Positions 15,629 to 21,920 of a DNA stretch of 24,000 nt are shown one piece after another. The stretch lies in the sequence record NC_015210.1. One strand, written 5' to 3'. How positions within the stretch are numbered: position 1 is the first letter of the stretch; each line of letters begins with the position of its first letter. The notes below the pieces were generated by a model. That model was not told the DNA's origin. It was given only the letters and a program-made list of their open reading frames with translations, and did not search any database. The stretch is from Tsukamurella phage TPA2. The position numbers and the translations under genes are program-made.

Positions 15629-17232
15629 GCTTCACCCGTTTCGACCCCCAGCCCCTCCTCTCGCGCGTCGAGATCGCGCGCCGCGTGCACAAGGTCTCGC
15701 TGGCCCGCGGGCTCGACGAGCTGGCGACCGTGATCGCGTTGATGACGATCTCGACCGAGGTCGGCGCGGGCGACGGCACGGCCCGCCACTGGTGGTGTCC
15801 GGCGAACCGCAAGGACGCCGCCTCGCTGAACTTCCCGCACGATTCCGAGAGCGACGACAGCCGCTCGGTGGGCTACTACCAGCAGCAGAACAGCGCCGTC
15901 GGCGTAGACGACTGGTGGGGCACCATGCGCTCGCGCATGACCCTGGAGCTGGCCACCGACGTGTTCTTGGACCGGCTGGCCGACGACTACGGCCGGGCCG
16001 CGGGGAACCCGAAGCTGGCCGGGCAGTTCGCGCAGCGCGTCCAGGGCAGTGCGTTCCCCGATCGGTACGCGCAGCGGTGGGACGAGGCGTGGGCCGTGCT
16101 GCGCGAGGCCCTGCGCACCGAGCCCGCGCCGACCCCGACACCTGAACCGACGACCCCGGAGGTACCCGTGGGCAAGCCTGCATATCGCGAGATCGACCGG
16201 ATGGGCAACAGCCGCTCGCCTCGGCGGGGCGCGCGCGTCCGCAACTTCCTGCTGCACACGCAGGAAGGCGACGGCACCGCCGAGTCGCTGGCCGCCTACC
16301 TGAACAACTCGGCCAATCAGGTCAGCTACCACTACACGCTCCGCGGCGGCGTGGTGGTCGACGTGGTGGACACCGACTACGCCTCGTGGTCGGTGCTAGA
16401 TGCGAACCCGTACACGGTGAACCTGTGCTTCGCGGGCTCGCGCGCGGGCTGGAGCCGCGCCCAGTGGCTCGCGATCGGCGACGACATCCGCGTGGCCGCG
16501 TGGCTGGCCGTCGAGGACGGGCGCAAGTACGGGTTCGCGGCCGACGTGCTCGCGCCGCCGTACCGCGTCGCCGACGGGTTCTCGGACCACAAGTACGTGA
16601 CGCAGGCCCTCGGCATCGGCAACCACACCGACGTGGGACCGAACTTCCCCTGGGACGTGTTCGCCGCCGCGGTGCGCGAGTTCACCACCACCACCACCGC
16701 GCCGCCGAAGCCGGTCGTGAACATGATCGACCAGTACGCCGCCGCGCACGCCGACCTCGTGGGCGAGCGCATCGACAAGGGCGAGCTGGCGACGCCGGAC
16801 GGGCGCGGCCGGTTCGCTGGCTTCGCCAACGGCTGGGTGTACTGGACGCCGGAGACCGGCGCGGTGTTCGTGCCCCGCCGGATGATGGAGGCGTGGGCGG
16901 TCTACAAGTGGGAGACCGGGCCGCTGGGCTACCCCACGGTCGGGGCCACGCAGCTGGCCGACGGGTGGGTTCAGGCATTCGAGAAGGGCGTGCTGTACTG
17001 GCGCGACGGTGCCGCGATCCCGTTCTACGTCACCGGCATGATCGGCGCGCGGTGGGCGCGCGACGGCTACGAGCGCGGGTCGCTGGGCTGGCCGATCAGC
17101 AACGAGACGATCCGCGGCGACGGCTCGGTGCGCCAGGACTTCGAGCACGGGTCGATCCTGTGGGCACCCGACGGGACCGTGGTGCTGGCGAACGACGACG
17201 GCGCGACGCACGTCCGCACCGTCGAGCACTGA
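15625..17232 (+). CDS. lysA: Lysin A, modular endolysin (N-terminal catalytic domain, central amidase-like domain, C-terminal LGFP-like repeats)
   Basis: 535 aa, ATGA overlap with lysB. N-terminal PHDSESDDSRSVGYYQQQN region. Central NFLLHTQEG...SYHYTLRGG...GNHTDVGP amidase_2-like motifs. C-terminal GPLGYPT...FEKGVLYW and GSLGWPIS...FEHGSILW repeats. Confidence 0.85.
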   Translation: MSFTRFDPQPLLSRVEIARRVHKVSLARGLDELATVIALMTISTEVGAGDGTARHWWCPANRKDAASLNFPHDSESDDSRSVGYYQQQNSAVGVDDWWGTMRSRMTLELATDVFLDRLADDYGRAAGNPKLAGQFAQRVQGSAFPDRYAQRWDEAWAVLREALRTEPAPTPTPEPTTPEVPVGKPAYREIDRMGNSRSPRRGARVRNFLLHTQEGDGTAESLAAYLNNSANQVSYHYTLRGGVVVDVVDTDYASWSVLDANPYTVNLCFAGSRAGWSRAQWLAIGDDIRVAAWLAVEDGRKYGFAADVLAPPYRVADGFSDHKYVTQALGIGNHTDVGPNFPWDVFAAAVREFTTTTTAPPKPVVNMIDQYAAAHADLVGERIDKGELATPDGRGRFAGFANGWVYWTPETGAVFVPRRMMEAWAVYKWETGPLGYPTVGATQLADGWVQAFEKGVLYWRDGAAIPFYVTGMIGARWARDGYERGSLGWPISNETIRGDGSVRQDFEHGSILWAPDGTVVLANDDGATHVRTVEH

Positions 17233-17275
17233 TACGCTGGTCCTGCGCGTCATGGTGGCGCGTCCGGTGGATTCA

Positions 17276-17311
17276 GAGAAGGCCCGTCGCGGGGAAGCGA
17301 CGGGCCTTCTC
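17276..17311. terminator. Strong bidirectional terminator hairpin between convergent operons
   Basis: Perfect 15-bp stem GAGAAGGCCCGTCGC (17276-17290), loop GGGGAA, GCGACGGGCCTTCTC (17297-17311), between the lysA stop (17232) and the leftward stop at 17323. Confidence 0.85.
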
Positions 17312-17322
17312 GTTGTCTCGGG

Positions 17323-17523
17323 CTACCGGATCAGGCCGACGGCGGCCAGGTAGTCCTCCACGGTGTCGATCTCCGGGTACTCACCGCCGTTGATCGCGGC
17401 GTGATCCACCGCGAACCGGTACCCGGCGACGACGGCGGGCATGTACTCCTCGCTGCCCACCATCGGCGCGGCCGTCTCCTGCGCCAGCTTCAGCGCGACG
17501 GCGTCGTACGGGTCGTCCGGCAT
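17323..17523 (-). CDS. Hypothetical small protein
   Basis: 66-aa ORF packed against the upstream gene (17529). Confidence 0.55.
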   Translation of the reverse strand: MPDDPYDAVALKLAQETAAPMVGSEEYMPAVVAGYRFAVDHAAINGGEYPEIDTVEDYLAAVGLIR

Positions 17524-17528
17524 CTCGA

Positions 17529-18035
17529 TCAGCCCTGAGCCGCGAGGTACTGCTGGGCCAGGGTGATGTCGTCCTCCTCGGGGATCTCGAAGATGTACGG
17601 CGCGCTCTGGCCCTGGCGCGCGGTGCCCTTGCCGAGCCGCCCGAGCAGGAACGGGTTCGCGCCCTCGTGCACCTTCTTCAGCGCGCGGACGAGGGGCCGC
17701 TGGAAGATCAGCATGTCCTCCTCGGTCTCGCCCTGGCGCTCACCGGTCAGGAACGTCACGTCGGCCCGGATGGTGTCGGTCTCGCCGAACGAGGTCGCGA
17801 AGCCGGGCAGGAACTCGGTCGGCCGGACCAGCATCAGCTCGCCCACGAACTCGGTGATCTTGACCTCGGACCCGCCACCCGAGGGCAGCGAGAACGGGTC
17901 GCCCGCGGGCTTGTTGGCCTTGACCTCACCGTTGGCGGCGGCGGTGTCGAAGCCGGTCGGCTCCGCGGCGGCCTTCGGCTCCGGCTTGGTCTTGGTGGCC
18001 GTGCCGCCCTTGGCGAAGGGGTTCGCATCAGTCAT
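17529..18035 (-). CDS. Hypothetical protein, possibly a replication/recombination accessory protein
   Basis: 168 aa: MTDANPFAKGGTATKTKPEPK... with low-complexity N-terminus and structured C-terminus. AGGAAA upstream. Adjacent to a nuclease gene. Confidence 0.65.
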   Translation of the reverse strand: MTDANPFAKGGTATKTKPEPKAAAEPTGFDTAAANGEVKANKPAGDPFSLPSGGGSEVKITEFVGELMLVRPTEFLPGFATSFGETDTIRADVTFLTGERQGETEEDMLIFQRPLVRALKKVHEGANPFLLGRLGKGTARQGQSAPYIFEIPEEDDITLAQQYLAAQG

Positions 18036-18060
18036 GTCGGTGTTTCCTATCGTGTAGTTG

Positions 18061-19365
18061 TTACTGCAAAGCCCCGGCCACGGTTTGGCCGAAGTCGGTG
18101 AGATCAGGCGTCCACACGTCCTGATACTCCTCCCAGATCCCGGCGAGGTCGTCGGGGTCCGAGATGTTCGTGATGGCGAGTCGCGCGAGGGCTCGCCGAG
18201 ATCCCTCGGGCGAGGGGATGGGCAGCGCGTGCACGCTGGGGATGGACTTGCTCGCGTTGCTGCGCTCGACGTAGGTGTCGAGCGACATCTGGCGCAGCCG
18301 CGTGGAGGTGGCCATGTCGAAGGTGATCGCGGCCGACTTCTCCACGTCGTCGCTGGGCAGGTGGATCAGGATGCCGAAGTCGGGCACCAGCTCGGGCATC
18401 GTCTCCCAGCTCTGGCCGTCGAGCGAGAACAGGTAGTCGGCGGTGCGGTAGAAATCCATCTGCACGCCGAACCCGATCCAGGCATACGGCAGCGACGAGG
18501 TCTTCGAGGTCTTCAGGTCGCCCATGTACAGGCGGCCGGTCGTCGAGCACCGGAACACCCGGTCGTACGTTCCGGCGATCACGGGGTACTTGCGGCCCTT
18601 GACGGTGGGCTTCAGGTCCGAGCTGTAGTTGAGCACGGTCCGCTCAATGTGCGCGGGCTCGGCGATCAGGCCGTGCCGGGCGAGGAGAGCCTGATACGCC
18701 TGCACGTGCGGCCGGAACTGCTCGGGCACCTGGCCAACGGTGCACATGCCGAGGTCGACCGCGCCGCACCACTCGTGGACCGCGGTGCCGAACTCGGCGG
18801 CGTCCTTGCCCCCGAGCAGGTTGTCGAGATCGTCCAGCGCGTAGTTCAGCTTCGAGTCCTGGGACTCGTCGATCAGCTGGCGCACGAGACCGAGCTGGCC
18901 CACGGCCTGCTCCATCTGCGGATGAAGCCGTTCCTGGGCGACGCGGTCGAACTCCATCGTCGAGATCACGCGCTTGACCGTCTCCCGGCGCGACCAGCGC
19001 GAGAGCTGGAAGGTGTCTTCGAGCACCTTCGCGATGTTGGTCACGCGGGTGAACCCCGTCGCCGCCCCGGTCTTCGGGTCGGGCAGCGAGTACCGGCCGC
19101 GCACGTACTTCACGCCGGGCCGCGGGGCGGCGGGCGGCAGCGGGTAGTGCGAGTGCTCGGTCGTGCGGCCGGGCAGCTCGCCGGTCTCGGTCAGCTCCAT
19201 GTCGGGGGTCTCCTCGGTGGTCGGGGTCTCGGTGAAGTACGACGGGTCCGCGAACTCGGGGTTCGCCGTCCAGCCCATCGGGCCGTTCTTGGCCCGGTAC
19301 CAGGTGCGGCCGTCGGGCTGCTCGCGGGCCGGGAACATCTCGGCCGCCGTCGGCTGGCGGCTCAT
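18061..19365 (-). CDS. PD-(D/E)XK (RecB/Cas4-like) exonuclease
   Basis: ATG at 19365 inside the 18061..20937 ORF. Product contains GTAVHEW...VIAGTYDRVFRCSTTGRLYMGDLKTSK...QMDFYR, the nuclease motif pattern. Next to a helicase gene. Confidence 0.75.
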   Translation of the reverse strand: MSRQPTAAEMFPAREQPDGRTWYRAKNGPMGWTANPEFADPSYFTETPTTEETPDMELTETGELPGRTTEHSHYPLPPAAPRPGVKYVRGRYSLPDPKTGAATGFTRVTNIAKVLEDTFQLSRWSRRETVKRVISTMEFDRVAQERLHPQMEQAVGQLGLVRQLIDESQDSKLNYALDDLDNLLGGKDAAEFGTAVHEWCGAVDLGMCTVGQVPEQFRPHVQAYQALLARHGLIAEPAHIERTVLNYSSDLKPTVKGRKYPVIAGTYDRVFRCSTTGRLYMGDLKTSKTSSLPYAWIGFGVQMDFYRTADYLFSLDGQSWETMPELVPDFGILIHLPSDDVEKSAAITFDMATSTRLRQMSLDTYVERSNASKSIPSVHALPIPSPEGSRRALARLAITNISDPDDLAGIWEEYQDVWTPDLTDFGQTVAGALQ

Positions 19366-21008
19366 GCGTTCGCCTTCGCCGCGACCTGGCGCAGGATCTT
19401 GGTCGACTTCGCGATCGAGATCTCGTCGGACAGCCGGGCCTTGGTCATGTCCTCGGCCATCGGGATGCCCAGGTGCGAGGCCATGCGCAGCTGTTGCGTG
19501 CTCGGGGCCTGGCTGCGCCGCCAGCTCGCGCCGGTCTGGGGCAGGCCGGTCTCGTCGTGCTCGGCGACCAACTTCTCGGCCTCGGCCAGCGCGTCGGTCA
19601 GCTCGTCGAAGTCCGAGGCGAACGCACCCTGCCCGGTCTTCGGGACCAGGAAGCCGGGGCGGTATCCGCCCGCGTCGAGCGGGATCACGAAGCCCAGCAC
19701 CTCGCGCGCCGGGATGAACGGCACACCGTCGGGCGTCTCCAGCCAGAGCGTGCTCGATCCGTTCAGCAGGTCGACGCTGACCATCTCGACCGGCCCCTGG
19801 CGGATCTTGCGCACGCGCTCGACCGGCTCCTCGGCGGGGATCTCGTCGCCGAGGTCGACCACCTCGCCGTCCTCGTCGACCGCCTGGCGCGGAGCCTTGG
19901 CGTCGAGCTGGCTCAGGTTCACCAGCTTCATGTGCCGCGCCGAGCCGGACAGGTCGAGCACCAGCGCGTCGGTCTTGCCGGGGTAGAGCCGGAGCGCGCG
20001 GCCGACCATCTGCGTGTACAGGTTGCGTGAGCGCGTCGGCCGCGCGAGCACGACGGCGTCGCACATCGGGAAGTCCGCGCCCTCGGTGAGCACCTGCACG
20101 GTGACCAGGAACCGGGTCGTCCCGGCCCGGAACCGGTCGTACACGGCCTGGCGATCCTCGTCCGGGGTTGCGCCCACGACGACCTCGGCGGCGAGCCCAG
20201 CGGCCGTCATGGCCTCGGCGAGAACGTACGCGGCATCGACTCCGGCGGCGAAGACGATCGCGCGCCGGTCGGCGGCGTGCTTGCTGACGGCCTCCACGAC
20301 GTAGTCGGTCGCCGCCTCCATGACCTCGGCGAGTTCGGTCTGCTGGAAGTCGCCCGCGACGGTGCGGATGTCGTTCAGCTTGTCCAGCCCGGCGATGCGC
20401 ACCGTGAGGCCGCGGGGCTGCACCAGGTAGCCCTCGTCGATGGCCCAGCGCAGATCCTTCTCGTAGGCGATCGACTGGATGACCTGGCCCAGCGCGACGC
20501 CGCCGCGCGAGCCCTTGTCGCGGTACATCGTGGCGGTGAACCCGCACAGGAACGCACCGTCGTAGCCGCCGAGGTCGGCGACGGTGGCGTGGTATCCCTC
20601 GGCCCCGACGTGGTGGGTCTCGTCCACGAGGATCACGTCGCGCTTGCCGAGGGCCTGGCGACGGTGCGCCCCGGCGAGGGTCTGGAAGCTGGCCGCGACG
20701 ATGGCGGCGTGGTGGTCGTCCTGCTCGGCCTTGACGACGCCCAGTTCGGACTCGGGGATGGCGGGGTCGACGGCGCGCACGTTGTCGAGCATCTGGGCCA
20801 GCAGCTCGCCGCGGTGGGCGAGAAGAACGACGCGCATCCCCATGCGGTAGCAGGTGGCGGCGATCGTGGCGATGACGGACGACTTGCCGGTGCCGGTCGG
20901 CAGGATCACCGAGGTGCGGCGGATCTCCTGGCCCCACTGTGCGAAGACGGCTTCGCGGGCTTCGACCTGGTAGCTGCGCAGTTCGCGCGGGGCCAGAGCG
21001 GCGGTCAT
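19362..21008 (-). CDS. Superfamily 2 DEAD/DEAH-type helicase
   Basis: 548 aa. Walker A ILPTGTGKS, Walker B VILVDETHH, GFTAT, and motif VI-like QMVGRALRLYPGK. Confidence 0.88.
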   Translation of the reverse strand: MTAALAPRELRSYQVEAREAVFAQWGQEIRRTSVILPTGTGKSSVIATIAATCYRMGMRVVLLAHRGELLAQMLDNVRAVDPAIPESELGVVKAEQDDHHAAIVAASFQTLAGAHRRQALGKRDVILVDETHHVGAEGYHATVADLGGYDGAFLCGFTATMYRDKGSRGGVALGQVIQSIAYEKDLRWAIDEGYLVQPRGLTVRIAGLDKLNDIRTVAGDFQQTELAEVMEAATDYVVEAVSKHAADRRAIVFAAGVDAAYVLAEAMTAAGLAAEVVVGATPDEDRQAVYDRFRAGTTRFLVTVQVLTEGADFPMCDAVVLARPTRSRNLYTQMVGRALRLYPGKTDALVLDLSGSARHMKLVNLSQLDAKAPRQAVDEDGEVVDLGDEIPAEEPVERVRKIRQGPVEMVSVDLLNGSSTLWLETPDGVPFIPAREVLGFVIPLDAGGYRPGFLVPKTGQGAFASDFDELTDALAEAEKLVAEHDETGLPQTGASWRRSQAPSTQQLRMASHLGIPMAEDMTKARLSDEISIAKSTKILRQVAAKANA

Positions 21009-21041
21009 GTACGTGTCCTGTCGTGTGAGATGTGAGATGTG

Positions 21042-21116
21042 ATCGAGCCGGACGGGAGGCGGTCGCTCGTGCCTACGCGGCGTTCGCGAGTCGGTGCCGG
21101 TCCCGTCCGGCTCGAT
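21042..21116 (-). ncRNA. Candidate structured 5' leader: perfect 16-bp inverted repeat around a 43-nt loop
   Basis: ATCGAGCCGGACGGGA (21042-21057) and TCCCGTCCGGCTCGAT (21101-21116) are exact reverse complements, between promoter D and the helicase start. Confidence 0.5.
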
Positions 21117-21126
21117 GAGAAGTAAT

Positions 21127-21155
21127 TTACCTACTCAGTAGGTACTTGTCAACTG
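21127..21155 (-). promoter_or_regulatory. Leftward sigma70-like promoter with palindromic operator (family site D)
   Basis: Reverse strand TTGACA-AGTACCTACTGAGTAGG-TAAATT, spacer 17 nt. Perfect palindrome TACCTACT-C-AGTAGGTA at 21131-21147. Confidence 0.85.
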
Positions 21156-21631
21156 GTGAGCGCGCCCGCGCGCGCCGCCACCGAGAACAGCGGTTCCAGC
21201 TTCACGAAGCCCATCGTCTTCAGAGCCGAGGTGCTGATCGTGTCCTCGGCCATCGACTTCAGCACCTTGACCATGCCGCGGTACTCGTCGACCGTGGACT
21301 CGTTCAGCCAGCCGCCGGGCCGCTTCACGTGCCGCCGGACGCTATCGAAATCCGTCGTGGCGAACAGCTCGGCCATCGAGCTGCTGTACCGCTCGCGTAC
21401 GCCCGCGGCCTTGCACGCCGCCTCGTAGGTCGGGAGCGCGCCGGTCTTCAGCGACTTGGTCAGGAAGTCCCGGAGCGCGCGCAGCCGCGGCGTGTTCTTC
21501 TCCAGCTCCTCGGTCTGGGCCTTCAGCACGGCTTTGTCGCACGCGGCGACGTACTCGGCGCGGGCCTTCTCGGCGGCGGCGATGGCCGTCTCGGCGGCGT
21601 CGATCAGCGCGGTTTTCTGGAACGTGGGCAT
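21149..21631 (-). CDS. Hypothetical protein
   Basis: 160 aa, MPTFQKTALIDAAETAIAAAEKARAEY..., AAAGGACACACCACCATG start context, same strand as neighbours. Confidence 0.65.
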   Translation of the reverse strand: MPTFQKTALIDAAETAIAAAEKARAEYVAACDKAVLKAQTEELEKNTPRLRALRDFLTKSLKTGALPTYEAACKAAGVRERYSSSMAELFATTDFDSVRRHVKRPGGWLNESTVDEYRGMVKVLKSMAEDTISTSALKTMGFVKLEPLFSVAARAGALTS

Positions 21632-21662
21632 GGTGGTGTGTCCTTTCGGTGGTGGGGTCGAG

Positions 21663-21920
21663 CTACTTCAGCGCAGCCTTGGCGGCGGCGCAGGCGGCCG
21701 GGAGATCCGGGCCGTGTCCTGTGGTGATGATCTGGCCGTTCGGCACGACGTGCACGACGCCGTCCTCGTCCCAGATCTCCACGTCGCGCTCGTCGCGGAT
21801 CACGACGGCGGTACCGTACTCGGTCACCTGGATCTCGACGGTGGCCTCGCCGCCGTTCTTGATCAGCGCGTTGGCGTGGTCGATCAGCTGGTCGATGGTG
21901 GGGTTCGGGTTCTCGCTCAT
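21663..21920 (-). CDS. Hypothetical small protein
   Basis: 85 aa from ATG 21920 inside the 21663..22346 ORF: MSENPNPTIDQLIDHANALIKNGGEATVEIQVTEYG... Overlaps the primase stop (ATGA). Confidence 0.65.
   Translation of the reverse strand: MSENPNPTIDQLIDHANALIKNGGEATVEIQVTEYGTAVVIRDERDVEIWDEDGVVHVVPNGQIITTGHGPDLPAACAAAKAALK

Noticed and set aside
18058-19986. 642-aa plus-strand ORF antisense to the nuclease and helicase genes
   Set aside because: Low-information shadow ORF opposite two genes with clear motifs and coupled starts.
18061-20937. 958-aa minus-strand ORF
   Set aside because: Only the C-terminal 434 aa (from ATG 19365) form a real protein, the nuclease. The rest is an alternate frame through the helicase gene.
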